From the IMG/VR virus record IMGVR_UViG_3300032216_001891, positions 90,555-154,554 of that record: a stretch of 64,000 bases of DNA. One strand, given 5' to 3'. A model generated the notes under the pieces. The model was not told where the DNA came from, made no database searches, and worked only from the letters and a program-made list of their open reading frames with translations. The position numbers and the translations under genes are program-made. Shown here in pieces: positions 1-9,028 of the stretch. This stretch comes from a virus. Taxonomy: Duplodnaviria > Caudoviricetes. Numbering within the stretch: position 1 is the first letter of the stretch; every line of letters starts with the position of its first letter.

Positions 1-105
1 GTAGCAAGGAATACTCACGCAGTCAAAGCAGTTGCTAAGGTAGGAGTTAATGCTCTTGCCAATCGAGTGCAAAGTCCTTTTACTTCGTATTAACGCAAAT
101 ACTAG

Positions 106-450
106 ATGCGTATAAATGAAATTTCCGTACCTCAATATAAAGAAATAGAATTTGTCTGTGCCAATGCCGAGCATCCTGACGCTACAGATCCCGCTGTACA
201 ACGAAAACTGTATAGAGAATTACAAAAAATCCCCGGAGTAATACCTTTATATCAAGATTGGACCGATTACAGTGAAGGTCAATATAGTTTAAGTGCTATA
301 TATAAAGACCGTGCTGTTCGTGGTAAAATTTTATCACTGGCTCGGCAGTTGGGCGTTGATGTTGACTTGGAACAAACAGTGGATGGGGACTATGTTGATC
401 GTGCCTTAACAGGTAGTCACGAAGGACAAATTAACGCAAGTAATTCTTAA
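106..450 (+). CDS. hypothetical protein with MRINEI N-terminus (same style as the putative capsid-targeted proteins at 41-52 kb)
   Basis: 114 aa ORF; CAAATA late-promoter-like motif just upstream. Confidence 0.6.
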   Translation: MRINEISVPQYKEIEFVCANAEHPDATDPAVQRKLYRELQKIPGVIPLYQDWTDYSEGQYSLSAIYKDRAVRGKILSLARQLGVDVDLEQTVDGDYVDRALTGSHEGQINASNS

Positions 451-1537
451 CGCTATTAGCGACCCGTTCAACTTCTAAATCGGTGAGTTCAGGATAAATC
501 GGTAGGCTGATTGCTTCTCTCGAAAACGCTGTAGATTCTCTAAACAATTCTCTAGCATAGTCAATATAGTCATAGCCTACGGGCAATTCAAACAAGGGCG
601 TGTCATAATGGAAACGTGAGTCAATTTCACAACTCTGTAAGTAATCACGCAGGCCATGACGTTCACTCAGCCGTATTACAAATTTACTCCAAGCCGAAGT
701 TACGTGTTCTCCGGGTAATACTACATCTACATATTCAGCGAGTTCTTGTGTGTAGTATTCGGCGATCTCCTGTCTACGTGTCTGCCAAGCATCAAAATAT
801 TTGAGTTTGACCAACATCTGAGTTGCATCGCTTTCGCTCATTTTACTGTTGGTGCCAAATCCTTGATGCCCCATGTGCTTGCCATTGTCACGCAGGTCCA
901 TTACATCTTCATACATGACTTGACTGTCGGTGAGTACCATGCCACCCGATCCGTAGTTGTTTAGATTCTTAGTGGGATCAAAACTCAACACACTGATGTC
1001 ACCGAGACTGCCCGAGGGTTGATCCTTGTACCTGGCACCAAAACTCTGTGCAGCATCTTCTATCACACGTATGTTGCTGTTGAAAAACTCTGTTTGCAGT
1101 CTAAATCTATCATAGTCTACAACATGCCCAAACAGGTTGGCATACATGATACAGTTAACACCAGCTCCGGTTAGGGCCATGTCCATGCTTTCTAAATCTA
1201 TTAGTGCTGCATCATCAGTGTCGCAAAACACCGGAGTATTGCCGGTATACAGCACCGAGTTAATAGTGGCTGCAAAACTCAAGGTGGGAATTAACACACG
1301 AGATTCCTGTGGCAATGTCACTTGTTGTGCAAAAATCAATCCCTGTGTGGCACTGTTCACTGCAACTGCATATTCTCGACCACATCGACGGGCTATGGCT
1401 GTTTCAAACTGTTGAGTACATTCACCATCCAACACCTGCCCGGATCGGTACACTTGATCCACGGCATCAAGTATCTCTTCACGCAGAGTCAAGTATTGAC
1501 GATCAACGCCGAAGAAGGGTATCTGTGATCCACTCAT
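431..1537 (-). CDS. DegT/DnrJ/EryC1/StrS family PLP-dependent sugar aminotransferase
   Basis: Motifs AVNSATQGL, IEDAAQSFGA, SFDPTKNL (PLP Lys), SLPIYPEL; start refined to MSGSQIPFF (ORF track 431..1600). Confidence 0.93.
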   Translation of the reverse strand: MSGSQIPFFGVDRQYLTLREEILDAVDQVYRSGQVLDGECTQQFETAIARRCGREYAVAVNSATQGLIFAQQVTLPQESRVLIPTLSFAATINSVLYTGNTPVFCDTDDAALIDLESMDMALTGAGVNCIMYANLFGHVVDYDRFRLQTEFFNSNIRVIEDAAQSFGARYKDQPSGSLGDISVLSFDPTKNLNNYGSGGMVLTDSQVMYEDVMDLRDNGKHMGHQGFGTNSKMSESDATQMLVKLKYFDAWQTRRQEIAEYYTQELAEYVDVVLPGEHVTSAWSKFVIRLSERHGLRDYLQSCEIDSRFHYDTPLFELPVGYDYIDYARELFRESTAFSREAISLPIYPELTDLEVERVANSVKNYLR

Positions 1538-2459
1538 GATATTTTTTAAATCCTGACTCAATGTCTGTGGTGCCACGATAACCAAAGTCTTCGCCAGCAC
1601 GTATGTTACTTAATGTTCCTCTTGATGGGAATCTAGGATTGGCATCGACAATTTTTATTCTGCCACCACCGGCTATGGCGACAGCCAATTCAGCAGCCTC
1701 TACCAAACTTCTGGCCTCACCTCTAGTTATGTTGTATGTTCTACCACTGCTGTTGAAATTGACAGCGGCACGTACAATACCCTCCACTACATCATCCACA
1801 TAGGTGAAATCCAAACGTTCTCTAGCACCACACACAGTTAATTCTTCATTGCGTATGGCCGAGAGCAAGAATCTACTTACAACTCTATCAACAACATCAT
1901 GCGGGCCATACACAGCACTGGGCCGAATCACAACATGGTCAATGCCAGCTGTTCTACAAAGATCACGTGTGAGTGTTTCACCAGCGAGTTTTAATATTCC
2001 GTAGATGCCGCGTGGTCGGCACTGCATATCTTCATAGGCCAAGGGAGCAAAGTCACCGTACACCATACTGCTACTGATATAGACAAATCTACGCAAGCGA
2101 ACCTGTTCACTGGCACGTAGTAGATTTATCAAGCCCTGTGTCAGCACTTGACTGCCTTCAGTGGGATTCAAATCCACGGCCTTGGCTCGAGGATATGCTG
2201 CACAGTGTATAACCACATCCGGGCGACATTCTTCAAACGCAGTTACGACATAATTGTAGTTTCTAATGTCTACATTGTGTATGCTCTGTGTTTGAATACG
2301 ATCAAGACGTTGTTGATGTAGGGGAGTTAATTCTGATTCAGGTATAATACCATAGTTGGTGAAGTTGTCCAGCACACAGACTTCATGTCCTTGCTGTTCC
2401 AATAGTCGTACTATGTTGTGTCCAATAAATCCAGCACCGCCGGTTACTAGAAATTTCAT
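1503..2459 (-). CDS. NAD-dependent nucleotide-sugar epimerase/dehydratase (extended SDR)
   Basis: TGGAGFIG Rossmann motif, SSSMVYG, YGILK (YxxxK). Confidence 0.93.
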   Translation of the reverse strand: MKFLVTGGAGFIGHNIVRLLEQQGHEVCVLDNFTNYGIIPESELTPLHQQRLDRIQTQSIHNVDIRNYNYVVTAFEECRPDVVIHCAAYPRAKAVDLNPTEGSQVLTQGLINLLRASEQVRLRRFVYISSSMVYGDFAPLAYEDMQCRPRGIYGILKLAGETLTRDLCRTAGIDHVVIRPSAVYGPHDVVDRVVSRFLLSAIRNEELTVCGARERLDFTYVDDVVEGIVRAAVNFNSSGRTYNITRGEARSLVEAAELAVAIAGGGRIKIVDANPRFPSRGTLSNIRAGEDFGYRGTTDIESGFKKYHEWITDTLLRR

Positions 2460-3133
2460 TGTACAAATTCACCAGCCATGGGAAATATTTCTGCAATGAC
2501 ACCGGCACAGGCACGAGCAATCTCTTGATGCTCCAGTTGTGTACCATTGGCACTGCGAAGTTCTATGTAGTGAATCCAACTACGCAAGGTGCCGTTCATG
2601 TAGAGTCTACTCACTGTATTACCCTCGGGCAACACAGCACGGGCCTGTTCTTTGGCAATGCCGTTGCGTACAGCCCATGTGTAAGTTTCTCGAGCTAGGT
2701 CAATCACAGCCTGTTGTCGTTCCTGCCAAGTTTCTCGAAGAATTTGATTTGACACAGAGTCTTCCAGCTCAATACTGTTTTGACGATTTTTAGTATCTTG
2801 TAAACGTGCTTGTCTTGTAACAAAACTTAAATCTTGTGTGGGATCTGCATAGCGTTGACTAAACTCTTGGAAACTAAAACTTCTATGACGCAACATCTGT
2901 CTTGCAATGTCTCTAGTAGTGGTAATTTCCAAACAGGCCGACACCATTTCCAATGGACTCCAGTGTTGATGTTTGACCAAGTATCTAATTAATCGTTCAC
3001 TGGTTTCAGTATTGATTTGATTTGATGGATTACTGACTCTTGCACAGAACGCTACCAGTTCCTGTACGTTGTTTACCTCAGACTCCAGCATGTCTTGGCT
3101 GGGAGCAGAATAACTTATTAATTTAACTTGCAT
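2456..3133 (-). CDS. thyX: FAD-dependent thymidylate synthase ThyX
   Basis: HWSPLE and RHRSFSFQEFSQRY (ThyX signature), EQARAVLP. Confidence 0.96.
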   Translation of the reverse strand: MQVKLISYSAPSQDMLESEVNNVQELVAFCARVSNPSNQINTETSERLIRYLVKHQHWSPLEMVSACLEITTTRDIARQMLRHRSFSFQEFSQRYADPTQDLSFVTRQARLQDTKNRQNSIELEDSVSNQILRETWQERQQAVIDLARETYTWAVRNGIAKEQARAVLPEGNTVSRLYMNGTLRSWIHYIELRSANGTQLEHQEIARACAGVIAEIFPMAGEFVQ

Positions 3134-3635
3134 GTTTATGTTGTCGTTTAAAAATTGGTGTATATTTTACCAGTGTGGATCGAAAATCGGCAGCTACTTC
3201 TGCCCTAACAGGAACAAATCCTGCCAAGAAGGTTTTAAGTTCCATTCTAGTATCTATTTTAAATGAACCACGAACATGTGTCAAGTAAACACTATCCAAA
3301 ATATTAACACAGCCAGCAATCAATTCGGGACCGCCTGCCAGCCATATGATCCTGGTGGGGTTTTCCTGTTCCAACTTGAGCACAGCCTCACAGATATCTC
3401 CTGCCACAGTGCCCGCGGTGTTGATGTGGTGATGTGTGGCCACATACACCATACGTCCCACAAAAGGTTTAGGTATCACAGGATCGTCCCAAGTGTGTCG
3501 TCCCATCACCACCACGTGGTTTTGGGTCAGTCGTGTGAACGAGTCAAGATTGTGTGTGGTGTTGGGCCATGGTCTAGTGCCATTGACGCCCATGCCGCCA
3601 TAGTAATCCGCGGCAAATAGTGCATTGATAGTCAT
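3123..3635 (-). CDS. folA: dihydrofolate reductase-like protein
   Basis: GMGVNGTRPW, VVMGRHTW, WLAGGPEL, VYLTHVRGSFKIDT; the conserved Asp27-equivalent appears to be Asn. Confidence 0.8.
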   Translation of the reverse strand: MTINALFAADYYGGMGVNGTRPWPNTTHNLDSFTRLTQNHVVVMGRHTWDDPVIPKPFVGRMVYVATHHHINTAGTVAGDICEAVLKLEQENPTRIIWLAGGPELIAGCVNILDSVYLTHVRGSFKIDTRMELKTFLAGFVPVRAEVAADFRSTLVKYTPIFKRQHKHAS

Positions 3636-3638
3636 TGA

Positions 3639-3989
3639 TTATAAATTTTTAAGTAAGTTGTCAGTGATGGGTTGTACTGCTTGAGCAACATGATCTACAC
3701 TGATGAAAAAGTCGACATTTTTTATAATGTCTTCCAAGGATTCTAGTCGCTCGTTGATGCGTTGTTCTAAATCTTCTGGTGCCGCACCCTCGGCCAGTAG
3801 TTCTTGTATGTCAATATCTACTTGGGTGCCGTCTATTAGGTTAACAGTGATTGCACGGAGTACAGATACTGGAGCCTGAGCTTTTTCAACTTCGGCCAGT
3901 ATCTGTCGCCATTTGTCACGTTGTGTAATAGTTAATTTAAGCCGTTTGTTTTTTCGCGGGAGCTTTTTTGGCTTTGGTTGGTTTGACAT
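3639..3989 (-). CDS. hypothetical protein
   Basis: 116 aa ORF in a co-directional tightly packed run. Confidence 0.6.
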   Translation of the reverse strand: MSNQPKPKKLPRKNKRLKLTITQRDKWRQILAEVEKAQAPVSVLRAITVNLIDGTQVDIDIQELLAEGAAPEDLEQRINERLESLEDIIKNVDFFISVDHVAQAVQPITDNLLKNL

Positions 3990-4617
3990 TGTTTACGGGT
4001 GTAGTGAATTCAGCAGCTTCAAGTTCTAATCTCTCTGCTTCTTTTAATAAAGTCTGTGCGTCTAATTTCATTTTAGCGGCTTGAGCAATTCTTTGACTTG
4101 CAATCTGCTCGTCAGTTAGTACATCGCCAATAGTAGCTGTGCTGACTGTGGCGGGCTGACTGCGACTTGCTGGGCTTACACCTACTTCTCTTGGTTCACG
4201 ACGTCCGGTCATTCCGGCATTGGCATCTAAATCTGCCAATTTTTTAATAGCTTCTTCACCTTGTGCCATTTCGTTTAGGATTTTGTTTAATTCGTCTAAA
4301 CGAACTGTGCTCTTGGCATTGGGAGTGATAATGACTTGATTGGTGTTGACTTTCTTTAAAAGCCCTTGGGTATGCAGAGCTTCTAGACAGTTACGTCCAT
4401 CAGCCAATACATGACGGAATAATGCATCGGCCAATTCTGTACTGTTTTGTCCCACTGGACTTTCCAACACTTTCATTACATCATCGTGAATCATCTGTGG
4501 CAATGTGTCGCTGTAAATCACCAGGCACATGTGATCATCGCCAGGAATCTGACGATATGCTAGTACAATTCTTTTTCCATTGTGTTTACCAATGTGCTTG
4601 AGTACGCCTTGTGCCAT
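3937..4617 (-). CDS. hypothetical protein
   Basis: 226 aa ORF, GGAGAA Shine-Dalgarno, basic Lys/Ala tail. Confidence 0.75.
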   Translation of the reverse strand: MAQGVLKHIGKHNGKRIVLAYRQIPGDDHMCLVIYSDTLPQMIHDDVMKVLESPVGQNSTELADALFRHVLADGRNCLEALHTQGLLKKVNTNQVIITPNAKSTVRLDELNKILNEMAQGEEAIKKLADLDANAGMTGRREPREVGVSPASRSQPATVSTATIGDVLTDEQIASQRIAQAAKMKLDAQTLLKEAERLELEAAEFTTPVNNVKPTKAKKAPAKKQTA

Positions 4618-4619
4618 GA

Positions 4620-4859
4620 TTATTCTCCTTGTGGTTGGTCAGCTGTATCTGCTGGGGGTGTTGCACCAACGCCTTGAGCTTGTAAAAATGCAGATAACCG
4701 ATCATGTAAACCGCCGACTACGGCCATTTCGTCTGCACGTATAGCACCGCGTTGTGCTGTTACTTGAATAGTTTGTAAAGCCAGGCTAAGATCGCTTAGT
4801 GTCAACTGCGGTGCAGGTGCGTTCTCTGGGGCTTGTGGTTGTTGTAATTCGTCTGACAT
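4620..4859 (-). CDS. hypothetical protein
   Basis: 79 aa ORF with GGAGA SD and TAAATA upstream. Confidence 0.7.
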   Translation of the reverse strand: MSDELQQPQAPENAPAPQLTLSDLSLALQTIQVTAQRGAIRADEMAVVGGLHDRLSAFLQAQGVGATPPADTADQPQGE

Positions 4860-4925
4860 GTTTTTCTCCGTTTAAATAATTAACTACAGTTATTTAACCA
4901 GGTCAGTATGCCACGGAAAAATTTT

Positions 4926-5237
4926 TTAGAACGGGCGTTGGTCGTGGTTAACAGTGGACAACACCAATGCAAAGTAACTGGCCTCTCCGGCAGTTTCAAA
5001 GGCGGCTCTTTTTGAAAAACCCACGCCCAAGGTGACTTCTTTTGGCAGTACATCTCCAAAGTAAAATCTACCATCAAGATTTGCCCAAATCCAGTCTGTG
5101 ATGTCTTTGTCATCCACCAAGCACTCGAAATCCACTGGTGTAAAGTGTGGCGGACAGTGGGCCAACTGTCGTAGCCCAAACACTGCCAGGGGATTGGCAT
5201 CGTTGAGTTTAAGCAATTCCCGCGGCCTTTTTCGCAC
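4926..5237 (-). CDS. hypothetical protein
   Basis: 103 aa ORF in the run; exact start uncertain. Confidence 0.55.
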   Translation of the reverse strand: MRKRPRELLKLNDANPLAVFGLRQLAHCPPHFTPVDFECLVDDKDITDWIWANLDGRFYFGDVLPKEVTLGVGFSKRAAFETAGEASYFALVLSTVNHDQRPF

Positions 5238-5562
5238 GTTCAGTGATGGCTTGATTCAAGCGTTCTTGTGTAACATCACTGACTTCACCAGTGACCACAG
5301 TGATATTTGGTTCATCTGGTTGCGGATACTCCACTGTGATTTTATTCTTCAATGCTGAATCTGCATCCAATCTAAATCCACCAATGATGTGCCACTGTGA
5401 CGATGCTTCGGCAATTTCTGTGGCTCTAACCAAATCTTCCAAACGCATTTCCAATTCCATAATGCGAGCAATGGCCCGATCCATGTCCGCAGGTGCATTA
5501 TGATGAATGGGTTTTCTGTCTGCAGGCAAATCTCGTTTATCAACTGCTGTGTTATCGCTCAT
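5209..5562 (-). CDS. hypothetical protein
   Basis: 117 aa ORF, ATGA overlap with upstream gene. Confidence 0.65.
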   Translation of the reverse strand: MSDNTAVDKRDLPADRKPIHHNAPADMDRAIARIMELEMRLEDLVRATEIAEASSQWHIIGGFRLDADSALKNKITVEYPQPDEPNITVVTGEVSDVTQERLNQAITERAKKAAGIA

Positions 5563-5972
5563 GCTGTTCCTTGTGTTGTGTTTGATTCATGTGGGGGTAA
5601 CGCCAATGCTTCAACTCCGCTTTTATACCAGGCAGTTAAGGGTTCAACTCCCCGTGTTTGTTTTAATTTAATCATGTTGCCATTCATGAACAAGGCTTGG
5701 TATTCAATCCAAGCATCGTTCTGGTAACCACCTTTATCTTTATCTTCACGATAAAATCGTATCGCTCCATCGAATTCGTCGCACAATACCCAGCGTTCGT
5801 TAAATTTTCTTATTCCGCCGCCAAATAGGCCTTCTCCTTCTACCCATTCACTGTCGTATTCTTCGTACCAAAGCTCACCGTTTTCGATTTTATAATTGTC
5901 CAATGCCTGCGCCGGAGTATCTTTGGTCTGATACTCGCGTCCTTCAAAATTTAAAAGATCAAACATGCCCAT
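5559..5972 (-). CDS. hypothetical protein
   Basis: 137 aa ORF, MGMFD...YQTKD start, stop/start coupling. Confidence 0.7.
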   Translation of the reverse strand: MGMFDLLNFEGREYQTKDTPAQALDNYKIENGELWYEEYDSEWVEGEGLFGGGIRKFNERWVLCDEFDGAIRFYREDKDKGGYQNDAWIEYQALFMNGNMIKLKQTRGVEPLTAWYKSGVEALALPPHESNTTQGTA

Positions 5973-6370
5973 TATTTTGCCTGCAACGCCAATGTTCGAT
6001 ATCCCTGTGCCGTAGGATGCACTCCATCAGCAGACACCTGTGTGATGTGCAACACTGTGTCGTGATGGTCATGGGCTACTTTTTTAACCAAGGACTGTAT
6101 GTCGGCCTTGATGGCTGGCACTATCCAGTACACACGATGGGCCTGTGTTTGACTTCTAATCAGTCTCAGTTCCGCTTCGGTATTGATGCCTCGATAATCG
6201 TTGCTACCCAAACTGATGATCACAGTCTTGGCTTGGAAAGGCATTTTACTGATGTTTCGATTCACCCAGTCTCGGCTGTTGATGCCACTGCGAGCAATCA
6301 CACTACATTGGGGTCGAGCCTGGTGTGTGCCCACTGCAATGCTATCGCCCAGGATCAAACATTCAATCAT
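5972..6370 (-). CDS. small SGNH/GDSL hydrolase-like protein
   Basis: ILGDSIA (block I), SLGSND (block III), DGVHP (block V). Confidence 0.85.
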   Translation of the reverse strand: MIECLILGDSIAVGTHQARPQCSVIARSGINSRDWVNRNISKMPFQAKTVIISLGSNDYRGINTEAELRLIRSQTQAHRVYWIVPAIKADIQSLVKKVAHDHHDTVLHITQVSADGVHPTAQGYRTLALQAK

Positions 6371-6609
6371 TTTGATTTTCCCTGCATGTGTAGTTGATGT
6401 AGTCTCAGTGCTTCGTCACTGAGATAAACATAGGTTGAAGGTGTAAAGTTTTTTACATGATCTGTTGGTATTTTAGGGTGTAGATTGTTGCGGTATGCAT
6501 ACATTCTATCGTGATATATTTGTGATAAAGATTCCATTTTCATTGCTTTAGTGTCTCCCATATTAGTGTTGGATCGGTTCGCGGAACTGAGGCCACTGGC
6601 CGTATCCAC
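6367..6609 (-). CDS. hypothetical protein
   Basis: Short ORF filling the gap; start uncertain. Confidence 0.35.
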   Translation of the reverse strand: MDTASGLSSANRSNTNMGDTKAMKMESLSQIYHDRMYAYRNNLHPKIPTDHVKNFTPSTYVYLSDEALRLHQLHMQGKSK

Positions 6610-6773
6610 TGTTGTTCAATGGCCAAGGCCACGACATCTGCATAATACCCGGGGCAGGTTTTGGCGATTTCAATTGCGGCACGTCCAGTCACCGCAACAT
6701 CACCCTGCAGTTGGAAACTGACATCACCGGGACGCAGTTCCACCCACGGAGTTTCTTGTACAGAGATGGTCAT
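6540..6773 (-). CDS. hypothetical protein
   Basis: Start refined to MTISVQETP, which overlaps the upstream stop (ATGA). Confidence 0.6.
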   Translation of the reverse strand: MTISVQETPWVELRPGDVSFQLQGDVAVTGRAAIEIAKTCPGYYADVVALAIEQQWIRPVASVPRTDPTLIWETLKQ

Positions 6774-7159
6774 CGTGCATGTTCCTTGCAAGCAGTTTTG
6801 ATCCAACCGCCCGGTTGACGTTGACCCGGGGCACCACAGGTTTCGCACACTCGACCACTCATGCTTTCAGCAAACCATGTCATGCCACTGATCAAATCAT
6901 CACCTCCGGTGTAGTAAAATCTCAAAGTACCAAACTTTTCCTTGACCTGATCCACAACAACTTGTGGAATGGGCCTGTCGGGTCTGCTGTTGGCGTCAAT
7001 ATAGCCCTGTATGTTACTACACAGTTCGTCAATCAAATCAAACCAACCGTCGCCACAGGAGAATCCCCACGACATGGCTGTAGTAGAGATGTCCGCATGT
7101 CGATTCGCAAACATCTTGGGATACCGTTGGCACAGCAGTGCGTCTAATTCTTTGTTCAT
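6770..7159 (-). CDS. conserved phage hypothetical protein
   Basis: CGDGWFDLI, QVKEKFGTLRFY and CETCG...C motifs typical of a widespread phage family. Confidence 0.75.
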   Translation of the reverse strand: MNKELDALLCQRYPKMFANRHADISTTAMSWGFSCGDGWFDLIDELCSNIQGYIDANSRPDRPIPQVVVDQVKEKFGTLRFYYTGGDDLISGMTWFAESMSGRVCETCGAPGQRQPGGWIKTACKEHAR

Positions 7160-7365
7160 TCCGCCACTCCAAAATGTTGTTTAATTGCCTTACCAACACC
7201 AAGTGTAACACCTTCAACTTCTGAATTATAGTCGTCGGCAAATTCAGCACATTCATTAATAATCAACTCGGCGAACTTTTCAGCAAACTCATCATGCAGG
7301 GCATATCGATCGCCTACGAACTCGGCCTGTTCTTTAAGTTGTTTTAATATTTCGTTCATTACCAA
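7156..7365 (-). CDS. hypothetical protein
   Basis: EKFAELIINEC...IKQHFGV pattern common in small proteins of large phages. Confidence 0.65.
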   Translation of the reverse strand: MVMNEILKQLKEQAEFVGDRYALHDEFAEKFAELIINECAEFADDYNSEVEGVTLGVGKAIKQHFGVAE

Positions 7366-7658
7366 TCTCCTGACGAACCACCGCCAAAATCTCCACCACC
7401 GCCGGAGTAATCGGATGAACTAGATGAACCAGAATCACTGCCAGTGGACGAGTCGGATCCAATGTCGGTATAGTAAACTGTGTTGGAACTATACTGAGAA
7501 CCACTGGGTGTAGTCTTATTTTTGTTGTTTGTTTGCGAGCTTTGAACACTGGCCGCCCGTGCCGCTTGTTCACTTATAGCTCGTGTTATTAAACATACTT
7601 GACAAATCATCGTGCCCGCAAGCATCCAATCACCGCAAGTTTTACATTTCGTATTCAT
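7359..7658 (-). CDS. hypothetical protein, CxxC...CxxC N-terminus and Ser/Gly-rich tail
   Basis: MNTKCKTC...CQVC; ends SGGGGDFGGGSSGDW; start refined. Confidence 0.6.
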   Translation of the reverse strand: MNTKCKTCGDWMLAGTMICQVCLITRAISEQAARAASVQSSQTNNKNKTTPSGSQYSSNTVYYTDIGSDSSTGSDSGSSSSSDYSGGGGDFGGGSSGDW

Positions 7659-8899
7659 TATTCCGCCTCTTCGTAGTGTACACCAACGCCAAACTCGGGC
7701 TCTGCTGAAGGATTGCCCTTGATAATCCATACTGTGTCGCAGTAGTTTTCAACCTCTTGCGGTCTCCATCCACCAAAGCAATAGTCAGTAAACATGATCA
7801 ACTTCTTGGGTTCAATGCCCTGTTCAATCAAATACTCCCACACACAATGCGGATCTGTACCGCCGCCACCTTGCGGGTCAAAACTGGTGATGTCTTCTAA
7901 ATTATCACTGGTGAATTCACCAACACCGCCGATAGCAGTATCCCAACCCAGCACAGTGATTTTGTATTCACTGTAGGCTTCCATGATGCCTTTGATCTCA
8001 CTGAAGAATATCTTTAATTCTGCGGCTCCGATACTGCCCGAAGTGTCAATGCCAACCACTACATCAATCTGTTCGCCCGGCTTCATACCTGGCAGTATAG
8101 CATCCATGCCCCAGCCCTTGCGATTCATTCTACCAAAAGTGTAGTCCTGTTTAATAGTGCTTTGAATCTGTTGCTGAATCAATTCCTGCCAAGAAATTCT
8201 CGGCTCAGTTAAATCTTTAATTAGACGTTTGACACCGCCGGGCACATTGCCTACACCTGCGGACTGTGCCGCTTGCAACACAGCATCCTTGATTTCATCA
8301 CGTATGGCTTGACGCTCACCAGCAGATAATTTTGGACGGTTGCCTTTGCTTTTGCCTTCACCGTCCTCACCTTCACCATCATCGCCATCCAAGTGTTCGT
8401 CCAACATCTGTTTCAACAAAGACTCAATGTCAATCTTGTCGGCATTTTTGTACAAGTCGTCGTACACTTCTTCGGCACTCATGCCGCGATACTTGTTGTT
8501 GTACAAACCAATGGGAATACGTTCTCCGATACGCTGTTCTTCTAAATCAGCATTGACGCAGTAGTCATCGGCAATGTTCCACAATTTAGGATCTCTGCTG
8601 TCTCTACGTCCCATGTGATCATACACTACATGCAACACTTCATGTCCAACTAAGAATTCCACCTGCTTGAGTGGCATTTTATTGACAAACTCGCTGTTGT
8701 AGTACAATCTTCTACCGTCAGTTGCGGCAGTGGCACACCAAGCATCGGCATTCACCAATTGCATACGTGTGGCTAGATTACCAAAGAACGGAGCCTTGAG
8801 CAGTAAACCAATACGTGCAGTGATGAACTTTTCACGTGCCGCCTCATCAATTCTTGGATCAGTCACTGTCACGGGCTTGTTTAATTGTTCTGTAGTCAT
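7658..8899 (-). CDS. VWA domain protein with N-terminal metallopeptidase-like domain (DUF2201-type)
   Basis: TAATDG, HEVLH (HExxH), WNIADD, DTSGS MIDAS motif, GGGGTD. Confidence 0.9.
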   Translation of the reverse strand: MTTEQLNKPVTVTDPRIDEAAREKFITARIGLLLKAPFFGNLATRMQLVNADAWCATAATDGRRLYYNSEFVNKMPLKQVEFLVGHEVLHVVYDHMGRRDSRDPKLWNIADDYCVNADLEEQRIGERIPIGLYNNKYRGMSAEEVYDDLYKNADKIDIESLLKQMLDEHLDGDDGEGEDGEGKSKGNRPKLSAGERQAIRDEIKDAVLQAAQSAGVGNVPGGVKRLIKDLTEPRISWQELIQQQIQSTIKQDYTFGRMNRKGWGMDAILPGMKPGEQIDVVVGIDTSGSIGAAELKIFFSEIKGIMEAYSEYKITVLGWDTAIGGVGEFTSDNLEDITSFDPQGGGGTDPHCVWEYLIEQGIEPKKLIMFTDYCFGGWRPQEVENYCDTVWIIKGNPSAEPEFGVGVHYEEAE

Positions 8900-8950
8900 A
8901 TCTCAATTCCTTATTCTATACTAGTATTATACTACTTTTCAATTCTCAAT

Positions 8951-8968
8951 GTGTTGTATTTACACTAC
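8951..8968. promoter_or_regulatory. GTGTTG-N8-C(T)AC palindromic operator-like site, degenerate copy
   Basis: One mismatch to the copies at 10187, 11601 and 14867; lies upstream of a TATAAT box before the VWA gene. Confidence 0.45.
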
Positions 8969-9028
8969 AAATAAATTGGAGGGCTTACGGCCATTTCTAC
9001 CTGCCTCCGGCTCAGAGACTAGCTGATC

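Noticed and set aside
1-93. 3' end of a plus-strand ORF at the window edge
   Set aside because: Only 30 codons are visible; no product can be supported
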